From Acaryochloris marina MBIC11017 (GTDB lineage: Bacteria; Cyanobacteriota; Cyanobacteriia; Thermosynechococcales; Thermosynechococcaceae): a DNA stretch of 32,000 nt. Shown in pieces: positions 25,267 through 32,000 of the stretch. The stretch spans positions 600,001 through 632,000 of the forward strand of contig NC_009925.1 of the NCBI RefSeq assembly GCF_000018105.1. The letters run 5' to 3'. Each line of letters opens with the position of its first letter. The stretch's first letter is position 1. Made by a program: the position numbers and the translations under genes. The notes under the pieces are model-generated. The model was not told the DNA's origin and made no database searches. It saw only the letters and a list, made by a program, of their open reading frames with translations.

Positions 25267-26484
25267 CTAAGTCTCCTGGGTCGCTAACTGCCAGCCCTCG
25301 ACTAGGAGATTTAACTTAGCCCATCCTTTCCAAAGCACTTGAATCCCCATCGGTGTGTTGCGACGATGCTCCAGATATCCTCCAAGTCGTGCAACTGCTT
25401 TCACTGCCCATGCAACCGTGAGGTTTTTGGGAACCTTCGATGTCTTCGCTCTGAGAACTTTAATCTGTAAAGGTGTGACGACATCTTGAGCAGGCCGTTG
25501 AGGGGATGTGCGTTCTAAGTAGGTCCAGCGTAACAGTTCTACAGCAGTGACACACAGGAATCCTAATAAGGTTTTCATCCCCTCAGCAGCCAAACGATAC
25601 CGCTCCACCTGAGTCCCCGATTTGAGAATTTTGTGATATTCCTCCACTCTCCACCTGTACGTGTACCAGCGCAAAATGGTCTGAGCCATTTCCATAGTGG
25701 TGACTGCTTCACTCGTGAGCAACATCCATGACACTGGGTCTTCATCCTCTGGGGGATCTACTTCTGTGGCATAGACGGCGTATACCTGGAGGGGATGACT
25801 ATCAGCTAGACGGGTAGGTCGCTGCAGTTGGACGAGACAACAGCGCACCACTAGCTTGGCTGTACGTGCACTCCGGTCTTTCGTTTTGGGTAAGTCAATT
25901 TCATACTCGAATTGAATACTTTGGGCTTCCAGTTTTTTCCACAGTCGATTGGGGTCTTGCTCAAGCCGACGATTATGTGAGGCTCTAACCACAACCCCTG
26001 TGTTGTTGAGGTGATTGAGCCGCTCAAACACTTCGGCAATATCTCCTTCTCGGTCAAACACATGAATGGAACGAGTAGAAGGACTCACTATCTTTTCTAC
26101 GGCTTGCATCGCTTCGACCCACCGATAGGATGCCTTTTGTTCAAAGGGTCGGTTCCGAGAAGTTTGTCGCGCCTTTGCCTGACGCTTCTTCTTTTGTCGA
26201 GGGGTTTCCTTTTTCGGAGGCTGGGGTCGATGCTGACGATTCCATACCTTTTGCCATAGCAACCCCAATGGTTGGCCTTGCTCGGGGTCAACAGCTAAGG
26301 CACTGTGGAGCAATAAGCCATTCCCCCCATTGCCTTGAGGACCATAGCCTTGACGCTTCTTCTTGATGCCTCCGTAGTCTAAAAAGCTCGTATCACCCAC
26401 GCACAAGGTAATCTCTTCCTCGGTGATGGCATGGGCAGTTGCATGGCAATGAGGAGTAATGATTTGAGAGAAGTTGGTTTTCAC
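25267..26484 (-). CDS. IS4/Tn5-like DDE transposase, catalytic portion (N-terminally truncated reading frame)
   Basis: DDE/YREK signature contexts GDTSFLDY, HVFDREGD, YTYRWRVEEYHKILKSG, and C-terminal WAVKAVARLGGYL...WKGW. All parallel Tn5 Tnp (DTTSLSY, VCDREAD, YTHRWRIEEFHKAWKTG). Confidence 0.88.
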   Translation of the reverse strand: MKTNFSQIITPHCHATAHAITEEEITLCVGDTSFLDYGGIKKKRQGYGPQGNGGNGLLLHSALAVDPEQGQPLGLLWQKVWNRQHRPQPPKKETPRQKKKRQAKARQTSRNRPFEQKASYRWVEAMQAVEKIVSPSTRSIHVFDREGDIAEVFERLNHLNNTGVVVRASHNRRLEQDPNRLWKKLEAQSIQFEYEIDLPKTKDRSARTAKLVVRCCLVQLQRPTRLADSHPLQVYAVYATEVDPPEDEDPVSWMLLTSEAVTTMEMAQTILRWYTYRWRVEEYHKILKSGTQVERYRLAAEGMKTLLGFLCVTAVELLRWTYLERTSPQRPAQDVVTPLQIKVLRAKTSKVPKNLTVAWAVKAVARLGGYLEHRRNTPMGIQVLWKGWAKLNLLVEGWQLATQET

Positions 26485-26687
26485 ATTAGCGAAAACTCAT
26501 AAGAGCGTTTGAGATCTGTTGCAGTCTTGAAAATGCTCAACAGGGCTTGGCCGAAGTTTGCACTAATCGCTTGACCAATTTTGAGAGCTCGATGGGTCAA
26601 GCGCTGATGGTCTACGACCGACCTTCGGTCATCGTTGAATTGACACTCAGCAAAATTCTTCTTCCACCATGTCTGCATCCTAATCAT
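26481..26687 (-). pseudogene. N-terminal (DNA-binding) fragment of the same transposase, in a different frame
   Basis: ...AECQFNDDRRS...KRSYEFS parallels Tn5 Tnp residues about 15-70 (GDPRRT...EGAYRFI). Its stop TGA overlaps the GTG of the downstream frame (ATGTGA), so the two parts are 1 nt out of register. Confidence 0.75.
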
Positions 26688-26783
26688 CTCCAAACTCAGG
26701 ATTTGGTCATCGTAGCTGAATGGAGAACAATTCCCTACAATCGCAATGGGGAAAGCGCTCTAGAATTTACCGTGAAAAGTCAG

Positions 26784-26793
26784 GTCAATGAAT
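26784..26793. repeat. Right copy of the target-site duplication GTCAATGAAT
   Basis: See the left copy. It abuts the stop codon (26794-26796) of the 76-aa ORF. Confidence 0.85.
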
Positions 26794-27024
26794 TTATTGG
26801 GGAGTAAGGGTGTTTTCAGAGGCTACAGGTTCTATTTGGGAAATTTTGGAAGAGCGTGATTTTGGCATCCAAGGTAAGCCTGCTAGGGTCGACTCGTTGG
26901 ATAGAATCGACAGCATTGCCCCCCCTAATAAGAGGATTGGGAATGGCAAGGTCAGGTGGTGGAGCCACTCTAGTCCTCTTGCTAAGGCTAAGAGGGTAAG
27001 AAAACTAATGAGCCAAATACGCAT
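26794..27024 (-). CDS. Small two-TM membrane protein (hypothetical)
   Basis: 76-aa ORF; ATG preceded by AAGGA. Two hydrophobic helices (IWLISFLTLLALA and PFPILLLGGAMLSIL). Lies 22 nt downstream of the 359-aa gene on the same strand. Confidence 0.5.
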   Translation of the reverse strand: MRIWLISFLTLLALARGLEWLHHLTLPFPILLLGGAMLSILSNESTLAGLPWMPKSRSSKISQIEPVASENTLTPQ

Positions 27025-27046
27025 ATTCAGTCCTTATTTTTGGTCT

Positions 27047-28126
27047 TTAGGATGCCCCTTCTGAGGCAATGGGGACCAAGGCTTTACTGTTGGATTGTGT
27101 TTCTTTCTCAGGTGTGATAGAGGTACCGTTGTTGGGATTTACGGTTTTCTGTGTGGATAGTTGAGTCAATGTTGCTAAAAATCGCTCCTGTAATTCGAGC
27201 GCCCCAAAGTCGACATCAATCGCTTCACCGTAGGTATCGAGTTTGCTCCAGTGAAGGCGCCCTAAAGCAACGGATAGTTCTGAATAAGACAGATCTTTCC
27301 ACTGGTTAAGGTGCGGGAATTCAGGAAGTTGGGGGATAGGAATATTATCTGTTTCTGGCGTGAAGAGTTCAGGAGGGAGAATCAGGCCCGGTGAAATCTG
27401 CAGACGGATCGGGGTGATATCGTGAGGAATCTCCGGTAGTTGCGGGACAGTGGATTCTGGGCGGCTGTCCTGGGAGGGCTGTCCTTCTGGGTTGTTTGCA
27501 GCCCTGGCTGGCTCGTAGATATTGAAAAGAGTGGGAGATATGGAGGATGTTTCCTCAGGTTCTTGCCCTGGGATGGGTATGCTTTCTTCGAGGTTGAATT
27601 CTTCTTCAGGGATGGAGATGCTCTCTTCGGGCGGGGCAATGTTATTCCAAGCCGTTTTTGCCCTTATATTGGCAGCTTGCAAGGGTGCCAATAGGTCTGC
27701 TTGTTGTCCATTAGACTCTTGACAAGCCATGGAATGACTGAGGAATTCCCAATCTTGGTCTAGATCAGTTTCTTGTTCAAGGACTTGGAGTTGTACACAA
27801 TGGCGATCGATCTCTGAGTTGGCAAGTTGCTCGTCTTCGTTGGCTGCGCAGCTAATGATCCAACGACCATGTTGAAGGAAGGTGGGGGGTAGGACTTCGA
27901 TGCGGCCTTGGGAATCGGTGTGGAAGAGTTGATGTTGGACGACTTCTTGCCACAACCCATCTTCCACGTACTGATGATGGATATGGACTTGAATGGGGCA
28001 GTCTGCCTCACTGGTTTGAGCGATCAGTTGATATCTGCCGACTAATATTTCAACACTGAGAGATTCAAGGGGGAGCCACGCAAAATCTCCCTCTTTTTGA
28101 ATCAGAAATTCTATGTCCACTGTCAT
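27047..28126 (-). CDS. Hypothetical acidic protein with a Pro/Glu-rich repeat linker
   Basis: 359-aa ORF. The N-terminal ~110 aa look like a folded beta domain. The central region has degenerate repeats (ESISIPEEEF, ESIPIPGQEPEE, VPQLPEIPH, IPQLPEFPH). No family recognised. Confidence 0.65.
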   Translation of the reverse strand: MTVDIEFLIQKEGDFAWLPLESLSVEILVGRYQLIAQTSEADCPIQVHIHHQYVEDGLWQEVVQHQLFHTDSQGRIEVLPPTFLQHGRWIISCAANEDEQLANSEIDRHCVQLQVLEQETDLDQDWEFLSHSMACQESNGQQADLLAPLQAANIRAKTAWNNIAPPEESISIPEEEFNLEESIPIPGQEPEETSSISPTLFNIYEPARAANNPEGQPSQDSRPESTVPQLPEIPHDITPIRLQISPGLILPPELFTPETDNIPIPQLPEFPHLNQWKDLSYSELSVALGRLHWSKLDTYGEAIDVDFGALELQERFLATLTQLSTQKTVNPNNGTSITPEKETQSNSKALVPIASEGAS

Positions 28127-28242
28127 CGTTATTTACGTCCTACTCCACACAGCCACAGTTCAGAGATCCATATTTTCTGGGTGTTGTTAAGGGATTCCAA
28201 CATGCAGCACAGTCTAACTGATCTTGTTCAGAAATGGGAGCT

Positions 28243-29535
28243 TTAGGTGGAGGAATTCCCTTTGGCTGCGGTCAGTTTACTTTGGAGTTGGGACGTGAGG
28301 TTTCTGAGATCGGCCTGAGCTATGGATTCTTGTTCGCCAGAGGCTAGCCATTTGAGTTGCACGGTGCGATCGCAAGCTTCTGTATCGCCCAAAATTAAGC
28401 AGGCTAAAGCCCCGCTCCGATTGGCTCGTTTGAGCTGTTTGCCAAACGCACTCCCACTCAAATCCATCTCCACGGAAAAGCCGTTTTCCCTCAAATTTTG
28501 GCAAATTAGCAAGGCTTGAGCTTCTGCTTCTGGTCCCCGAGCCACGCAGTAAAAATCTAAAGATTGATTTAAGGTGATCTCAGCATTTTGCAGGAGCAGA
28601 ATTAGTCGCTCCATCCCGATTGCCCACCCCACTGCAGGGGTTTCGGGGCCCCCCAGTTCAGAAACGAGGCGATCGTAGCGTCCTCCGCCACAGACGGTGG
28701 CTTGATTCCCTAATCCCTCCAACTCAAACTCAAAGGCGGTGTGGGTGTAGTAATCTAGACCTCTAACTAGGCAAGGATTGAGCTTATAGGCAATATCTAG
28801 ATCCGTGAGAAGTTGCTGAACACGGTCAAAATGCTGTTTGGAGTCAGTGCCCAAGTAATCCAAGATGTTGGGGGCAGACTGGGCTATTTCTTTTGTTTTT
28901 GGATCCTTGCTATCTAAGATGCGCAGAGGATTACGCTGGAGGCGATCCTGGGAGTCAGGGTCTAGGTCGTCTTTGTACTGACTAAGGTAAGTGACTAAAG
29001 CCTCACGGTATTTCTGTCGATCTTCAGCCGTGCCGAGGGAGTTGAGAGATAAGGTCCAATCAGGAACGCCTAACGATTTAAGGAGTTGGGAGGCGATAGC
29101 AATAACTTCTGCATCAGCACGTGGATCTTGGCTACCCAGCGCTTCTACTCCGATTTGGTGAAATTGGCGTTGCCGTCCTGCTCCGGGTCTTTCATAGCGA
29201 AACATGGGTCCGATATACCACAGACGCTGAACGCCTCCCTGGGCATGAAGTTTGTTCTCGATAAATGAACGGACAGCGCCAGCCGTCCCTTCTGGACGCA
29301 GGGTAATCGAACGATCGCCTCGATCTTGGAAAGTGTACATTTCCTTGCCGACGACGTCTGTGGCTTCACCGATACCCCGTTCAAATAAATTAGTTTGCTC
29401 AAAGATGGGGGTCCGCAGCTCTCGGTATGCCGCCTGATGGAGAAGCTGACGGGCTGTGGCTTCGACATACTGCCAATAGATCACCTCATCTGGCAGAATG
29501 TCCCGTGTCCCTCGTGAAACTTGAATAAATCCCAT
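28243..29535 (-). CDS. hisS: Histidine--tRNA ligase
   Basis: 430-aa class II aaRS: GTRDILP, FRYERPGAGRQRQFHQ (motif 2), GGGRYD (motif 3), and a C-terminal anticodon-binding domain. Confidence 0.96.
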   Translation of the reverse strand: MGFIQVSRGTRDILPDEVIYWQYVEATARQLLHQAAYRELRTPIFEQTNLFERGIGEATDVVGKEMYTFQDRGDRSITLRPEGTAGAVRSFIENKLHAQGGVQRLWYIGPMFRYERPGAGRQRQFHQIGVEALGSQDPRADAEVIAIASQLLKSLGVPDWTLSLNSLGTAEDRQKYREALVTYLSQYKDDLDPDSQDRLQRNPLRILDSKDPKTKEIAQSAPNILDYLGTDSKQHFDRVQQLLTDLDIAYKLNPCLVRGLDYYTHTAFEFELEGLGNQATVCGGGRYDRLVSELGGPETPAVGWAIGMERLILLLQNAEITLNQSLDFYCVARGPEAEAQALLICQNLRENGFSVEMDLSGSAFGKQLKRANRSGALACLILGDTEACDRTVQLKWLASGEQESIAQADLRNLTSQLQSKLTAAKGNSST

Positions 29536-29644
29536 GAAAAAAATATCCTTATGGCCTTAACCCCGGTGCCTATTATCTCCGATTGGCTCAGTTCTGCCTC
29601 AGATTTATTTGAGGTTGAAAAGGAATCAGCGTTGTACCTAATAT

Positions 29645-29728
29645 TTAATAGGTGCAAGATAAGATGAACTTGACCAAGGCAATGGCTTGAAAGAGTTACA
29701 CTAAGCCCTTGGTTATTGCACCTATTAA
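29645..29728. other. Nested inverted-repeat element (candidate structured RNA or protein-binding site) in the hisS/DUF2470 divergent spacer
   Basis: Perfect 13-bp arms TTAATAGGTGCAA (29645-29657) and TTGCACCTATTAA (29716-29728), enclosing a 7-bp inner stem ACCAAGG (29673-29679) / CCTTGGT (29707-29713). Confidence 0.5.
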
Positions 29729-29746
29729 TTTTGGCAAATAAATCCT

Positions 29747-30034
29747 ATGGCTGACACCATTACCCCTGAAATTAGCGATCGCATCTGCAAACACATGAAC
29801 GATGATCATGCCGATGCTGTTTTACTCTATGCCAAAGCCTATGGCAAGGTCACCGAGGCCGAAGCCGCCCAGATGCTAAAAGTTGATCCAGAAGGGATGG
29901 ACTTGTCCGTAAATGCAGGAGACCAAGACTCTACCATTCGGATTGTCTTTGATCATGTGCTGCAAGATTCCGAAGATGCCCATCAAACAATGATTGCCAT
30001 GGTGAAGGCAGCCCGTACCCAAATGGCCTCATAA
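29747..30034 (+). CDS. DUF2470-domain protein (heme-binding/HugZ C-terminal-like small protein)
   Basis: 95-aa ORF; I.DRICKHMNDDHADAVLLYAKAYG is the characteristic DUF2470 motif. Confidence 0.75.
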   Translation: MADTITPEISDRICKHMNDDHADAVLLYAKAYGKVTEAEAAQMLKVDPEGMDLSVNAGDQDSTIRIVFDHVLQDSEDAHQTMIAMVKAARTQMAS

Positions 30035-30055
30035 ACCGAGGGGCCGCAAGGGACT

Positions 30056-31414
30056 TTAGGTCGCGATTCTCTGGCTGCCGGGTCGTCGTAGACGTTTCCG
30101 ATTGATCTTCTGGACAGCTAAACCAGATAGTCCACCGGCGGCAAGGGCAAAAACAGGATTGATCATGGCATTCACAAGGCAATCTAGCCCATACATAATC
30201 AAGGCCACCGACAGGGCAGCGACGGGAGCAGCCGCGGGGTGAGTCCAGTTGGAGACAGGAATTCGCCTGGCTAACATCAGGATGGGCAATACTAAGGCCG
30301 TCATTAAGCTCACTAATCCAACTAAGCCATGATTGCCAAAGGCGATGATCCATAGGCTATCGGTTACGGAGATATCTTGACCCTGGTCATTATAAATTCG
30401 TGCTCTGCCCCACCCTCCCCAGCCAAAGATGGGTCTAATCCGGGCTTTGGCCGACAGAATTTGTTCGTTCTCCAGTCGAAAGTTGAGGGATGCCGCTCTC
30501 TCAGGTCCGGTGATTTGGCTTGCCGTGGCAACGAGCTGCCGGGTATAGGTGGGTGTTAACGACCCCGTTGAACTGATGGCTAAATATCCCGCCATTAGTA
30601 GAGCGAGTAGCCAAATGGCAATACTAGATCGAGACCAAGTAACGGCAAATAGGAGAATAAGGCTGATGAGTAACAGAGCATAGGCCCCGGTAGACCGCAG
30701 GAGAATAAAGGTTACTCCGAGGGCCAATACGCACCAAATCATGGGAATATCCCCTAAGCGAGTCAGGGTGCCAGCGCGCCATAGCCAGATGGCCATTAAA
30801 GTCGCGCTCATCATCCAAACCCCCAGCATTAGTCCATGCTCCATAAAGACCGTGGGTCTAAATCCCCCCAAACGAAAGGTCTGTTCGAAAGAATGGGCAT
30901 GGTAGCCGTAAATCCATCGGTGGAGTTGGGGACTTAGCCGGATCTCCAGCAAACAAAGGGGAACGTACAGGATGCCGCCGATAATAATGCCAGTTGCCAA
31001 CTGCCTGAGCCCGCTTAAATTCCCTAGGTACAGTCGCCCCAAGAAATAGGGAAATCCCCAGGTAACGGTTTGGCCTAAGGCTTGGGCGAGTCCGTCGTAT
31101 AGTCCTAAATCATTGGTTAAAGACGAGGCGATGGGACAGAGGCACCAGACCACCATGGGAATATCTATCCAGCTGAACTTGAAGAGCTGGAACCGCTTGG
31201 CATCGAAGATAAATGTTGCCAGTAAGATGCCATAGCAAGTTGCCGACATTTTAGTGAGATCGGGCAGCCCCACCAAGGGAAAACTGGCCTGGGGAAGAAA
31301 TAACCAGGCACCAATAAAGCTGATGACCAAAGCCCGTTGCACCGGAAGCTGGCTGAATAGATAAAGGACCAAAGGAATCCAACCAAACATCACGAGATAA
31401 ACAATAAAGTTCAT
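30056..31414 (-). CDS. O-antigen ligase/polymerase-like (Wzy_C family) polytopic membrane protein
   Basis: 452-aa ORF with about 11 TM helices and a larger loop in the C-terminal half, as in Wzy/WaaL-type proteins. Assigned from topology and composition only. Confidence 0.6.
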   Translation of the reverse strand: MNFIVYLVMFGWIPLVLYLFSQLPVQRALVISFIGAWLFLPQASFPLVGLPDLTKMSATCYGILLATFIFDAKRFQLFKFSWIDIPMVVWCLCPIASSLTNDLGLYDGLAQALGQTVTWGFPYFLGRLYLGNLSGLRQLATGIIIGGILYVPLCLLEIRLSPQLHRWIYGYHAHSFEQTFRLGGFRPTVFMEHGLMLGVWMMSATLMAIWLWRAGTLTRLGDIPMIWCVLALGVTFILLRSTGAYALLLISLILLFAVTWSRSSIAIWLLALLMAGYLAISSTGSLTPTYTRQLVATASQITGPERAASLNFRLENEQILSAKARIRPIFGWGGWGRARIYNDQGQDISVTDSLWIIAFGNHGLVGLVSLMTALVLPILMLARRIPVSNWTHPAAAPVAALSVALIMYGLDCLVNAMINPVFALAAGGLSGLAVQKINRKRLRRPGSQRIAT

Positions 31415-31525
31415 AAGCCGGGTCAGGGTGAGATCGCTAAGCTAGAAGTTGAAATTAACAGCAGAATAATGGATTAGATATTGCGAGTTCAACGGAATAT
31501 TGATGTCATTGGAGTGAGGTGAAAC

Positions 31526-32000
31526 GTGCCTCGACGACGCAATCCTTTTCGGAATCTCAGGGAGTGGTTTTTAGTCCTACTCTTTATCGCGATGTTTGCG
31601 TTATGTGTGGTCGGGTTTAATCAGCCGCCCTCTCCTACTATCCAGGCTACCCAGCCGGTCTCTAATCCACAACTCGGGATGAATTTAGGGGAGGTGGTGA
31701 GTTACACCAGTCAATGGCCGTTTGTGGATGCTTTTAAGCTATCGCGCCCTTGGTTCTCGGGGCGGGAAGGGGCTGGTTTTGATCAGGGAGGCCCCCTGAA
31801 GCTCACTCCTGAGGGCTGGATTGCAGCCCTAGAACCCAAGCAGTTTGCGGAGACCGTGATCTTTGACAATGGCAAAGGTCATTACCCGGCGGGGAAATAC
31901 ACCCTGCTGTATGACGGAGAGGGAGAGATTAGCTTTAACTATGGTAGTGCCACCATTGCGAGTCAGCAGCCTGGACGGATGGTATTGGACGTAACGCCGA
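31526..32000 (+). CDS. Partial CDS (5' part; runs off the window): signal-anchored exported protein, possibly glycoside-hydrolase-like
   Basis: Not in the ORF track because no stop falls inside the window. GTG 31526 is preceded by GGAGTGAGG. Frame open for 158 codons. TM WFLVLLFIAMFALCVVGF, then QWPFVDAFKLSRPWF, a motif I associate only loosely with secreted glycanases. Confidence 0.55.
   Translation, partial: MPRRRNPFRNLREWFLVLLFIAMFALCVVGFNQPPSPTIQATQPVSNPQLGMNLGEVVSYTSQWPFVDAFKLSRPWFSGREGAGFDQGGPLKLTPEGWIAALEPKQFAETVIFDNGKGHYPAGKYTLLYDGEGEISFNYGSATIASQQPGRMVLDVTP

Larger units (their letters stand above)
25254..26783 (-). mobile_element. IS4-family (IS50/Tn5-like) insertion sequence, 1530 bp
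   Basis: Imperfect terminal inverted repeats: CTGACTTTTCCCGCTAAGT at the left end versus CTGACTTTTCACGGTAAAT for the reverse complement of the right end (16/19 identical). Flanked by a perfect 10-bp direct repeat GTCAATGAAT. Encodes a Tn5-like DDE transposase. Confidence 0.88.

Noticed and set aside
29536-29746. Possible T-box leader upstream of hisS
   Set aside because: Reading the minus strand, I found no T-box consensus (AAnnnGGGTGGTACCGCG-like) and no specifier-loop or antiterminator arrangement. T-box leaders are also not a known feature of cyanobacteria. The inverted repeats are reported separately as an unclassified element.
29931-30353. 140-aa minus-strand ORF overlapping the DUF2470 3' end and the Wzy-like gene in another frame
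   Set aside because: It overlaps two better-supported genes. It is Cys/Arg/Trp-rich, as is typical of off-frame reads.
1-32000. CRISPR arrays, rRNA genes, prophage or defence-island genes, toxin-antitoxin pairs, reverse transcriptases
   Set aside because: I saw no regularly spaced direct repeats of 25-40 bp and no rRNA-like sequence. No ORF has recognisable nuclease, ATPase or RT defence signatures. The only mobile gene is the IS4-family transposase.

Overview
This is a cyanobacterial chromosomal segment. I found at least 11 copies of the HIP1 octamer GCGATCGC by eye, against about 0.5 expected by chance, and the gene content includes CyanoP and HemF. The genus cannot be determined from the sequence alone.

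Contents: about 32 protein-coding genes, one tRNA-Ala(CGC), and one IS4/IS50(Tn5)-like insertion sequence with a 10-bp target duplication and a frameshifted transposase. I saw no rRNA, CRISPR array, prophage, or recognisable defence or toxin-antitoxin genes.

Housekeeping genes are argC, hemF, mtnP, infC, birA, pgeF, pgk and hisS. They are interleaved with less ordinary modules:
1. A LysR regulator upstream of a secreted S8 subtilase fused to a polytopic membrane domain, which is tightly coupled to a 74-aa protein.
2. A divergent LysR/pirin pair with a clear repeated dyad operator.
3. A visibly AT-richer, HIP1-free H-NOX plus HNOBA-histidine kinase-receiver pair. The two genes overlap by 29 nt and have a convergent USP gene. 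This looks like a split version of the soluble-guanylate-cyclase sensor module.
4. pgeF followed by an archaeal-type (CTP-dependent) riboflavin-kinase-fold gene that looks frameshifted in a C4 run. The repaired ORF would abut (TGAATG) a 2-TM protein gene.
5. A structured inverted-repeat element in the hisS/DUF2470 divergent spacer.
6. A 905-bp AT-rich gene-poor spacer.
7. Periodic repeat arrays upstream of argC.

No candidate is a demonstrably new system on sequence alone. The subtilase-membrane fusion operon and the H-NOX/HNOBA kinase pair are the best leads. All domain calls rest on motif recognition by eye, not on searches.
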